64,000 nt of DNA, from the NCBI GenBank assembly GCA_965206775.1, contig CBDBKU010000002.1, forward strand, positions 2,182,898-2,246,897, given 5' to 3'. Below are positions 38,360 to 47,758 of this stretch, one piece after another (the stretch's first letter is position 1; each line of letters opens with the position of its first letter). The position numbers and the translations under genes are program-made. This DNA is from Bryobacterales bacterium (GTDB taxonomy: Bacteria > Acidobacteriota > Terriglobia > Bryobacterales > UBA6623). The notes below the pieces were generated by a model. It worked only from the letters and a program-made list of their open reading frames with translations. It was not told the origin of the DNA and ran no database searches.

Positions 38360-40188
38360 GTAACTGCCCAGGTACACGGCTTCGGTTGAGTTGCGACGAC
38401 GAGGGCGGCGGGCAGTGGGGCATAGGTAGCGGAACAGAACAGGCGGACAGGGGCCGGGGATGGCGGCGATTGGCAAGCGATAGTGGAAGAGTCCGGCGGC
38501 GAGCATGATTGTGGGCAGACCGATCGTGTCGGCACGCAGTTTACACAGACAGACAAAACATGTATATATAAGAATGTTGCAAGCGCACAGGCGCTGGCGA
38601 GAGCATGCCGGGACAGTCCGAGGCAGAGCGGCGACAGGCGGGCGGGGACGTGCGCCTGGAGGACTTGCAAGCCGAGAACGAGCAGCTGCGGGCCACCCTC
38701 GAGCGCAAGGAGGCGGAGATTGCCGGCTTGCGGCAGCGCCTGGAGGAACTGGAGCGCCGAGTGGGGCTGAACAGCAGCAACAGCGGCAAGCCGCCGTCGA
38801 GCGACGGGCCAGCCAAGCCGCCGGCGCAGCAGCGCACGAAGAGCCAGCGGGGCCGCTCCGGCAAGCGCTCGGGCGGGCAGCGGGGACACACAAGGGCTCG
38901 ACCTTGCGCCAGACAGACAGCCCGGATCGGATCCAGACCCACCTGCCGCCGAGTTGTGACGCGTGCTCGGCGCCGCTGGCGGCGGCCGACACGCAGGGCG
39001 AGCCCCTGCGGCGGCAGGTGTTCGACCTGCCCGCGCCCCAGCCTCCGGTGGTGACCGAGCATCAGGCGTTTGCCTGCCGCTGCGGATCCTGTGGCCGTGT
39101 GACGCGGGCGGCGTTCCCGGAAGGGGTGGGTGCGCCCGTGCAGTACGGCCCGCGGATCGCCGCCGTCGCGGTCTACCTGCAAAACGGGCACTTCCTGCCC
39201 GAAGAGCGCTTGGCAGAGGTCTTCCAGGACCTGTGCGGGGTCGCGGTTTGCTCCGCGACACTGGCGGGGATGACGCGCAAGGCGGCGGAGCGCTGGCGGA
39301 GCTGCAGCGAGCGCGTACGCGACATGATCGTGAGCCTGGACGGGGCGAAGCATCTGGACGAGACGGGCTTCCGGATCGGGGGGAAGACGCAGTGGCTGCA
39401 TGTGATCAGCACGCGCTGGCTGACGTTCTACCGCACAAGCCCGCGGCGGGGCAGCCTGCTGGAGGGCCTGCGGGGCATTCTGGTGCACGATCACTGGAAG
39501 CCGTACTTCACCGTCCGGGACGTGCTGCACAGCCTGTGCAATGCGCATCATTTGCGAGAACTGCAAGCGCTAGTCGAGATCGACAGGGAGGACTGGGCGC
39601 GACGGATGCAGCTGTTGCTCAGACGGGCGAACCGGGCGGTGAGGATGGCTCTCGAGCGGGGTGTTCCGCTGCCGCGGGCGCTGGTGGAGCAGATTCAGCG
39701 CCGCTACGACCAGTGGGTCGGGGAAGCGCTGGCTTATCACGAGGCGCAGCCGCCGCTGCGACCGCCGCAGAAAGGTCGGCGGGGGCGCAAGAAGCGTCGG
39801 CCGGGACACAATCTCGCGTTGCGGCTGCGGGACCGCAAGCAAGACGTGCTGCGCTTCGTCAGCGATCCCGGTGTCCCCTTCACCAACAACCAGGCGGAGC
39901 AGGACCTGCGGATGATGAAGCTGCGCATGAAGATCTCCGGCGGGTTCCGGTCCGAGCAGGGAGCGCAGGATTTCGCCACGTTGCGCAGCGTGCTCTCGAC
40001 CGCGCGGAAGCAAGGCCGCAACCGCATCGAGGCCCTCTTGCAAGGGCCGGAGGTCCTGCTCGCAGGACTGAAATTCTAGCTGCCGCCCCGAGTCCCGATC
40101 GTCCGCCCCGGACTGCACCTTGTCAAGGCCGACGCACGCTCCACTCATCTAGTACTTGCGCAGGTCATCGGACCTACCTGGGCAGTTA
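38360..40188 (+). mobile_element. IS66-family insertion sequence, copy 3 (diverged from copies 1 and 2)
   Basis: IRs GTAACTGCCCAGGTA / TACCTGGGCAGTTAC. Perfect 8-bp direct repeat CTTTGTTT at 38352..38359 and 40189..40196. Confidence 0.9.
38605..40079 (+). pseudogene. IS66-family transposase with a 2-nt frameshift in a (CA)n run at 38886..38893
   Basis: ORF 38605..39054 carries the zipper and ...KRSGGQRGH. The remainder (KGSTLRQTDSPDRIQTHLPPSCDACS...DETGFRIGGKTQWLHV...) is in the frame of ORF 38505..40079. Copies 1 and 2 read GGQPGHKGATLSQTD across this point. Confidence 0.85.
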
Positions 40189-40315
40189 CCTTTGTTTTGG
40201 TAAAATCAAACAACTCAGCTAATGTTCCACCAGACACGAGGGATTTCGCGCTATTTGCTTCCCTCCAGCTGTGAGACCATGCTAGACTGCGAATTCAAGA
40301 AGAAGGTACTAGGCA

Positions 40316-43300
40316 ATGCTCTGCAACCACAAAAGCTCACTGAAATGTTTCTTCCTGCTGGCGGCACTTCTCGCTGCCTTGCTGGCAGGTTGCGGCGGCG
40401 ATGATCCCGCTCCGGCACCGCCACCGCCGCCACGGCCGCCACCGCCCGCATTCGTGCCGCAAGATGTCGTTATCGAACTGGGCAGCTCCGGCGAGACCCT
40501 CACCCTGCAGACCACGGAAACAGGGGGATTTACGCGAAACGGCGAGGCCTTCGCGAGCGGAAACACGGTCGAGGCCGAAGGCAATACCTACCGCCTTGTC
40601 CTCGACAACAGCAACTGGGCAGCAGAGTACGTGGCCCCGAGACCTTGGGCAACCGCCTTGGGCACGAGCGGCGACGCTCTGCTGATCACCCGCCGGGAGG
40701 ACGGCCTCTACGAGTCCGGCGAACACGTCTTCAGCAGCGGCGGAACCATTACCGCGTCGAATGGAAACCAGTACATGCTGACCTTTGTGCCCGACGACGA
40801 TCAGGGTACGTGGACCGTGGACTACCTGCCGCCGGAACCCACGGCTATCGCGTTGGGAATGAGCGGTGAAACGGTACTGGTCGAACGTCTCGAGGGCGGG
40901 GGCTATGCCGTGGGAGGCCAGCGGATTGTCGACGGCTCCACCGTTCAGTCGGCGGCCGGGAATACATACCGTCTGAGCATGCAGGACGGGGAGTGGTCGG
41001 CGTCGTTCTCGCCGCCGCCGCCGATCTCGGTGCTTCTGGGCGCGTCAGGGCAGATGGTGACACTGCAGATCCGGGAGGACGGGCAGTTCGAGAAGGACGG
41101 CCAGCTATACCCCAGCGGCTCGACGGAGATGGTCGGGGGCAGCACCTACCGGCTGGTGCTGCAGAACGGCGTATGGACAGCGATGTTCGAGGCGCCGCCT
41201 CCGGTCATGGTACCCCTGGGCACGTCAGGACAGGCGGTGACGCTGCAGGTCCGGGAGGACGGGCAGTTCGAGAAGGACGGGCAGCTATACCCCAGCGGCT
41301 CGACGGAGATGGTCGGGGGCAGCACCTACCGGCTGGTGCTGCAGAACGGCGTATGGACAGCGATGTTCGAGGCGCCGCCGCCCGTAGTGGTGCCTCTGGG
41401 CACCTCAGGTGAATCAATTGTCTTGCAGGTGACGGAAAACGGCCAGTTCACGAAAGACGGGCGTCCGTATACAAGTGGCACCAGCGAGCGAACCGCAGAT
41501 GGCAACACATACCGGCTCACCCTCGCGAACGGAATGTGGACCGCGACGTTCGAGGCGCCGGCAACTGTCCAGGTCCAATTGGGCAGGTCCGGGGAGACCA
41601 TCACGCTGGTTGCTCGGGAGGACGGGACATACACTCTGGACGGGCAAACGTTCGCTCCGAACTCGGTCGTCGAGGCTGGCGGAAACAACTACCGTGTCGT
41701 CCTCCAAGACGGCGAATGGACCGCCGTGTATCAGCGGCAATCGATTCCCGTCGTCAGTGCCGACGGGCTAATCGTTCTCTTCAGGGAGGAGGACGGCAGC
41801 CACACCTACAACAACGAGAGGGTCCGCGACGGGGACACCATCACACAGGGGGGAAACGAGTACGAACTGTTGGAGTTGAGCGACGGCACTTGGCTCGCAA
41901 CTCCCGCCTCGACTCCTGCCCGCGCGCGGGTTCAGCTTCCTGAAGGCGCCGGCACCATCACGCTGACGCGGAACGACGACGGCGACTATACCTACGACGG
42001 CAACGTCATCGACTCGGGGGACGAAATCGTGGTGAGTGGTGTCCGTTACCGCGTGACGCAGAGTTCATCGGGAACCTGGTCCGCGGCTCTAGCCTCGACA
42101 TCGCCCACCCGGCCTCCCGGGGACATCACCGAGGGCGGCATTGGCGGCCCGACGCAGATCGATGAGGCCGAAGACTTCACGAAGGCGCTGTTCGACGGTG
42201 GGACCGATGAAGGTACATACGGAGTCGGATTCCTGTCCAGGGACAGTCAGGCCACCACAAGGGACAGGGGTATACTGATCGTCCCCGCAAGGCTGGATGG
42301 CCCCGATGTCAACAACCGCCACAAGTTCTCGGTTTACCAACTCATGCAGCAAGGCCTGGTTTCGCAACAGCGCACTGCCGCTGAAGTCGCCAAGGCCGAG
42401 ATCGACGAGATTCTCGCCAAGATCAACCTCAAGAAGCCGCTGTACGAGGCCGGTGCCGCCTACCCGGACGATGACATCGAGGGTTCCGGCAACCTATGGG
42501 AGCAGGCGGAAGACGCGGTCGGAAAGATCTTCGGATGGACGCGCGAAGACAATCCGGATGACGTTGGCGGCATCCTCGGGAGAGAACCCTGGAGCGGTCG
42601 GCTTGACACGGACGAGGTCGACGATGTCATCGAGACGTTTCAGGAGATGGTGGCGATCCTCTCCGATGTCAACCTGTTCGAGCGGGAATTCGAGGATGAA
42701 ATTGATGACGCCGGGGGAACGGACAACTATGATGCCGACGACTTCTTCGGGTCCGTCAGCTCAAGAATCCGGTTCGGATCGACTAGCGCCACCCGCTTCG
42801 GGGCCTATGCAGTGACGGACGCCGGAGAGGCCGCAGCGTCCAGCGAATGGGACACAGGCGTTTTCGCCTACACGCCCGCTGACCAGCCGCGAACCGCCGA
42901 CATTCCGACCCGCGGAGAAGCGACATTCCGTGGCAACACGGTGGCCGTTTCCGACGGCTCGAGCGGAACCACGGCGGCGGACGACCCGAAACTCTACGCT
43001 GGCAAGATTGAACTCGTGGCAAGCTTCTCGAAGCGCCAGGTAAGCGGCACCATCACGGAACTGAAAGACGAGGACGGCCGCGCTCTCGAGGTCGAGAGCA
43101 CCGATACGTTTCGCAATGAGACCGTCGATGAGATCGTCCTGCCCGCAGCCGGAGCCAGTGGCACCCTAGGCTTCTACCAGGTTTCTGGTGAGGACAACGC
43201 AACGATTTCGTTCACGCGCAACCTGCGCTCCGAATCAGGGGATTCCACATTCAGGGTGCAACTCGTCGATGAGGCCACGGAAGCGCTCGGGATTTGGACA

Positions 43301-44608
43301 CTTGACAAAACGGAGCTGGATCTGGATCTGGAGGGCTCGTTCGGCGCAACGAGAAGCGGGAGCGTTACGGCCCCCAAGCTTCCGAGACTCACCGATGACG
43401 GTGGAGAGGTAGATGCGGACACGATCGCGCTCCTGCTGACAAGTGACAACGTCGCAATCTCGACCGACGATCCTGATGACGAGAACACGATCACGCTGAG
43501 CAATTCGGCGCTCGGCATGACGCATGGAACCAATCTGCAGGATCTGATCGACTGGTACGACGACAATCCCGACGATGCCTGGGTCGACGACCTCGAAGAC
43601 CTCCACCCCTCCAGGAGCGTTACCGAACGCGGGGACGTTTACTTGACAACAGCGCGGAACGAGATCAGAAGGCTGCGAGACCTGATCAACAGCTCGTCTG
43701 AGCAGGACCGGTTTGACACCCCAGGAGACAATCCGCTCATGACCGGTCCCAGCAACAATCGGGTAGAAGTTGACCGAAGCTATCTGACCAGCAATGCCCA
43801 AGCAGCCTTGGAACTCGTGTTCGGCGCCGGCGAAGCGCCTGCTCTAGACGGCGCCACCGCGGAGGATTTGCACGCCAACTTAGCGAGCATGTATTCAGGC
43901 CTTTCCAGCGAGAGGAACTTCGCGTCCGCATTGGATACAGGTGAAATCTTCGCAGGTGAGGGCCCCTACAATTCCGATGAAATCAGCGACATCTTTGATG
44001 CGCGCGATTTTGATTTTGCGCTTCGATTCGCCAGCACTGAATACACCCGTTTCGGGGTCTGGTCGCAATCGGCGCCGATCTCCGCGGTTGGGACGCTCTC
44101 CGGAAACGACATCGAGCACGGCGCTTTCGGATACAGTCCCCTGGAACCCGAAACGACCAACCTAACCTTTGTCGCGGACTACGAAGGAAAGACGCTCGCG
44201 GTCGATACCCGTAGCGGGGATCTCTACGGCGGCACGTTCGAGCTGACCGTCAATTGGGGTGAAAGTACGGACAACATCACTGCAAGGGTCATCAACCTCA
44301 AGGGCGTGCAGGGCACCAGCGACTACTTCGAGCACGATAGCAAGGATGTAGGAACGATTTTCTTCTCCGGGATGGACATCGAGGGGAGCGGTACCGCAGC
44401 ATTCGCAGGGGCGGGCGCTACCGTTCGATTCCGCTACAGGGACAGTGGTGTCCAAGATGGGGACCTTACGGGAGCAGCGACCCTGAGCGGAGAGTTCGTG
44501 GGCGATGACCACTCGGAAGGCCCCCTCGGAGTACTCGGAGTCTGGTCAATCGCTGAAACCGACGGGCTGAACTTCAGGGGGTCGTTCGGAGCAGACCTGC
44601 AACCGTAG
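40316..44608 (+). CDS. giant surface-lipoprotein paralogue B (intact): lipobox, ~10 x 60-aa repeats, acidic helical region, two TbpB-type barrel signatures
   Basis: FFLLAALLAALLAGC lipobox + PAPAPPPPPRPPPP tether. Repeats such as LGTSGQAVTLQVREDGQFEKDGQLYPSGSTEMVGGSTYRLVLQNGVWTAMFEAP. Barrel 1: TRFGAYAV...GEATFRGNTVAV...LYAGKIELVASFSKRQVSGTITEL...LEGSFGA. Barrel 2: YTRFGVWS...ADYEGKTLAV...GGTFELTVNWGES...LSGEFVGDDHSEGPLGVLGVW...FRGSFGADLQP*. Confidence 0.85.
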   Translation: MLCNHKSSLKCFFLLAALLAALLAGCGGDDPAPAPPPPPRPPPPAFVPQDVVIELGSSGETLTLQTTETGGFTRNGEAFASGNTVEAEGNTYRLVLDNSNWAAEYVAPRPWATALGTSGDALLITRREDGLYESGEHVFSSGGTITASNGNQYMLTFVPDDDQGTWTVDYLPPEPTAIALGMSGETVLVERLEGGGYAVGGQRIVDGSTVQSAAGNTYRLSMQDGEWSASFSPPPPISVLLGASGQMVTLQIREDGQFEKDGQLYPSGSTEMVGGSTYRLVLQNGVWTAMFEAPPPVMVPLGTSGQAVTLQVREDGQFEKDGQLYPSGSTEMVGGSTYRLVLQNGVWTAMFEAPPPVVVPLGTSGESIVLQVTENGQFTKDGRPYTSGTSERTADGNTYRLTLANGMWTATFEAPATVQVQLGRSGETITLVAREDGTYTLDGQTFAPNSVVEAGGNNYRVVLQDGEWTAVYQRQSIPVVSADGLIVLFREEDGSHTYNNERVRDGDTITQGGNEYELLELSDGTWLATPASTPARARVQLPEGAGTITLTRNDDGDYTYDGNVIDSGDEIVVSGVRYRVTQSSSGTWSAALASTSPTRPPGDITEGGIGGPTQIDEAEDFTKALFDGGTDEGTYGVGFLSRDSQATTRDRGILIVPARLDGPDVNNRHKFSVYQLMQQGLVSQQRTAAEVAKAEIDEILAKINLKKPLYEAGAAYPDDDIEGSGNLWEQAEDAVGKIFGWTREDNPDDVGGILGREPWSGRLDTDEVDDVIETFQEMVAILSDVNLFEREFEDEIDDAGGTDNYDADDFFGSVSSRIRFGSTSATRFGAYAVTDAGEAAASSEWDTGVFAYTPADQPRTADIPTRGEATFRGNTVAVSDGSSGTTAADDPKLYAGKIELVASFSKRQVSGTITELKDEDGRALEVESTDTFRNETVDEIVLPAAGASGTLGFYQVSGEDNATISFTRNLRSESGDSTFRVQLVDEATEALGIWTLDKTELDLDLEGSFGATRSGSVTAPKLPRLTDDGGEVDADTIALLLTSDNVAISTDDPDDENTITLSNSALGMTHGTNLQDLIDWYDDNPDDAWVDDLEDLHPSRSVTERGDVYLTTARNEIRRLRDLINSSSEQDRFDTPGDNPLMTGPSNNRVEVDRSYLTSNAQAALELVFGAGEAPALDGATAEDLHANLASMYSGLSSERNFASALDTGEIFAGEGPYNSDEISDIFDARDFDFALRFASTEYTRFGVWSQSAPISAVGTLSGNDIEHGAFGYSPLEPETTNLTFVADYEGKTLAVDTRSGDLYGGTFELTVNWGESTDNITARVINLKGVQGTSDYFEHDSKDVGTIFFSGMDIEGSGTAAFAGAGATVRFRYRDSGVQDGDLTGAATLSGEFVGDDHSEGPLGVLGVWSIAETDGLNFRGSFGADLQP
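40463..42095 (+). repeat. in-frame array of ~10 coding repeats of ~180 bp, including a near-perfect tandem duplication (41041..41220 / 41221..41400)
   Basis: The sequence lines at 41041 and 41221 align with a 180-bp offset. The core 41071..41198 differs from 41251..41378 at one position. Confidence 0.9.
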
Positions 44609-44639
44609 TCGCGCGTTGCAGCCGCAACGACCGGCACTC

Positions 44640-44677
44640 GCGGGCGGGCTCGGGAAACGAGCTCGCCCGCTTTGTTT
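44640..44677 (+). terminator. rho-independent terminator after lipoprotein B
   Basis: GCGGGCGGGCTCG-GGAAA-CGAGCTCGCCCGC (one mismatch) followed by TTTGTTT. Confidence 0.7.
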
Positions 44678-44819
44678 CGCCACGATGCACGCATGGCAGT
44701 GCACTCCTTTGTTGCTCGGGCTCTCGTGTCGCGCTTCCGCACGGAAAGCCTGGATCGAGGCCAACTGCAATGGAATCGCAATCGGGCATCAACAGGGACT
44801 GAGTTCCACTACGGCTAGT

Positions 44820-45130
44820 CGCCGATTGCCGGTCGGCATCCAGACATTCCGCGAAATCCAAGGGACAAACCCCTACTACGTGGATCGGATCGGCATCGCT
44901 CGGCGGCCAGCGAGGAAGCCAAGCACCAACTCCCGTCACGGCCGCGGCGGTTCGGCAAGAGCCTCTTCGCGGGATACGCTGACGCAGCAGCTAGAGGGGA
45001 ACTTGGAACTGTTCACGGGGCTGGAGGCACATCGGCTCTGGGACCGTCAGTAGCCGCCCGGCCGTACGGGTCGACTCCAGCGGTGTCAACGCGAACGTGG
45101 ATGGGCTCCTGGACACAGACAGCGGCGGGT
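44820..45130 (+). pseudogene. fragment of an AAA-ATPase-like / PD-(D/E)xK (DUF1703-type) protein, frameshifted
   Basis: RRLPVGIQTFREIQGTNPYYVDRIGI... then (other frame) SRPRRFGKSLFA.., LEGNLELFTGLE. This is the typical N-terminal wording of that family. No intact frame. Confidence 0.4.
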
Positions 45131-45619
45131 AAATGGATGCCGTTCATCGTTCGACAGGGCGGAGCGGCGTCATACGGCGGCCCGTGGGCGGATCCGAAAT
45201 CTGATCCACAGCCTGCGCCAGCAGACCGGTTGACGGGCCGAGTGAGCTGACGGACTGGCCGCATCAGGATCGCAGACGTTCCAAACGATCCGAACTGGAA
45301 CCCATGGCGCAGTCTCGTCTGATTCGCTGAAGCTCGTGTGCAGACGGGCCGCCAACCCGGAGCGGAACTGGGGAATTCGTTCCCATGCCCTCGTCGAGCC
45401 CCGCTCCCACTGCGGCAAGCTACATACCATTACGCCGCTTCGAATTCTTCGCGTGTGGTTCTAGCCGACGATCTCCCCTGGGCCGAAAGGGCAGTCGCCT
45501 GGCCACTGTCGCCGGAACCGCTTCGGGCCAACCCCCCTTCGGAGTTCTCGGCCGGGTCTCGGCACCCGGAGGACTAGCCTCGATTCCCAACGGTCATCAA
45601 AGATGTGACCGGCCGGCCG

Positions 45620-47358
45620 TCAGAAGAAGCGCAGGTGGAGGGTGCGGTTGTCGAGCCAGGGAATAGGTTCCCGGATATCGGCATAGCCGGCGGCTAGCAG
45701 CAGCGGGTTGTTGGCCCGCCGCCCGAGGCTGACGGTAATCTCGCTGGCGCTGATCTCGATGCTGGCACTGGCATGCACCAGCTTGTGGAAGAGGGTGCTG
45801 GCCTTGGCGACCTCGAAGCCGTTGCCGAGGCGCTGGCCGAGCAGGCGGTACAGCGAGCTGGCCATCACGGTGAGCTGGACGTCGAGATCGACCTTCATCG
45901 GCACGGCGGCCGACAACGCGTCCATGTGGAAGAAGTCGATGGCGTCGGCGATGGTGTTCTCGATCACCATGCGGCGCGCATAGCGGTCGATCAGGCGGGC
46001 CGCCGGCTCGTCCATCTGGTTGGTCAGCAGCAGGGTCGGCTTCTCGTGGCCGAGATCGGTGATGGCGATCTGGCGGATGGCGGCCGGGTAGCCCTTGAGG
46101 CGGATGGTGCGCTCGAGGATGCGCGGCGTGCGGTAGATGCGGCCGACGTTGGCGAGGGTGACCTTGCGCCAGTCCGCGGCTGGCGCGGCGAGCAGTTCGG
46201 CGACCATCTTGTGCGAGCGCCTGCGCAGGGTCAGGAAGGCGATGCCGAGCTGGTTGAGGCGGGCGAGGTTGGCATAGGTCGTCAGGCGGGAGTCGAAGAC
46301 GAGTTCAGCGGGCAGCTGGCCGGTGCGTTCGCGCCAGGCTTCGGCGAAGCGCAGGATCTCGTCGTTCTGGCTGTGCTTGCGGAGCTGGGCGTTGGCCCAG
46401 GCGCGAACACGCGCGCGTCGGCGTCGCGGGCGAGGAAGGCGAGCACGCCCTTCTGGCGGCGGCTGCGCTTGGACACGTAATGGCGTTCCAGCAAGGCGTC
46501 GTCGCCGTGGTAGGGGATGGTGTGGAAGTCGAGGTCGAAGGAGCGTCCGGAGCCGAGGCCGGGGCCGAGGCCATGGGCGGCGTGGTGGAAGGCGTCCATC
46601 AGCGGGGGGCAGAGGCGGGGGTCGACGCGGCCGCTGTACTCGGTGAGGGTGGCGCGCTTGGGGACGGCGTTGAGGCCGGCGAAGAGGGCGAGGCCCTGGT
46701 CGAGGGTTTCAGGCATGACCCGGGCCGGCCGGCCGATACCCCAAAGCTTGAGCGCGAGCAGGGAGCGGAAAGCGCAGCCGGGAGGGATCATCGCGCTGCC
46801 CGGCAGGCCGTGACGCTCGAGCAAGCGGTCGAGGCCGAGACGGGCGAGATCGGGGGCGAACAGGAACAGGCCGCCGAAGTCGGTGCGGAAGCGGCGGGGG
46901 GAGAGGTCGAGAGCGCGGCGGTCGGCGACGGGGGCCGGCTGGGGCTGGGCGCCCTGGGCGCGCTGTGCGTGGGTGCGGCGCCAGAGCTTGGGCAGGCCGG
47001 CGCGCTTGAGGACCCGGGCGACGGTGGTGGCACTGACGGGCAGGGCCTGCTCGGCGGTGAGGTGGGCGGCGATTTCGGCAGCAGAGAGATGGCGCTGCTG
47101 GCGCAGGGCGAGGATGAGCTGGTCGCGGTCGGGGCCGGGCCGGGGCTGGCTGTGGCCGCGACGGTCGGGGAGGAAGAAGAGCCGGTCGGGCTGCTGGAGG
47201 AAGGCGGTACGGAGATTGCGCAGGGTGCCGGGGGCGTAGCCGAAGAGGCGGGCGGCCTCGTCGAGGGGGGCGTTGTCGACGAAGAGCGCCCGGAGGGCCT
47301 CGTAGCGGCGGTGGGTGCTGTTGTGGGGGACGAGGAAGCGTTGGGCGAGGTCGTGCAT
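45620..47358 (-). pseudogene. second copy of the unclassified DDE transposase (see 18173..19939), at least two frameshifts
   Basis: ORF 46282..47358 (MHDLAQRFLVPHNSTHRRYEALRALFVD...DLDFHTIPYHGDDALLERHYVSKRSRRQKGVLAFLARDADARVF) and ORF 45620..46207 (..IRQIAITDLGHEKPTLLLTNQ...RYARRMVIENTIADAIDFFHMDALS) are colinear with the intact copy. Confidence 0.8.
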
Positions 47359-47758
47359 CTATTAGTGCCTGTTAGCCTTTGATACCCACTATACTTCAAT
47401 TGCAATTTCGAGTCAACTGCCGAATGGGTTGCAGGAGCCTGGGCAGCGGAGCCGGCTGGATGGATGGACAGGTCGGGCAGGTAGGGAACGACTTGGGAGA
47501 ACTGCGGGCGAGGGTTTCGGCGAGATTGGCCAGGAGAAGCCGCATAACTGTATATGGTTATTAATGAGTGACTTATATTGAATAGATGCACGGCTTGGGC
47601 CCGTGTGGACGGGAATCGCTGGCAAGGCCCGCGGGAACTCCCGGCCTGCCGTGGGCGAGGCGCTGACGCCACCGATCCAGAAGGCCGCCTGTTCCGGGCG
47701 GTGTGTCCTATAATTTCATGGACACACATTGGAAATCAAATGAAAACAATCACAAATA

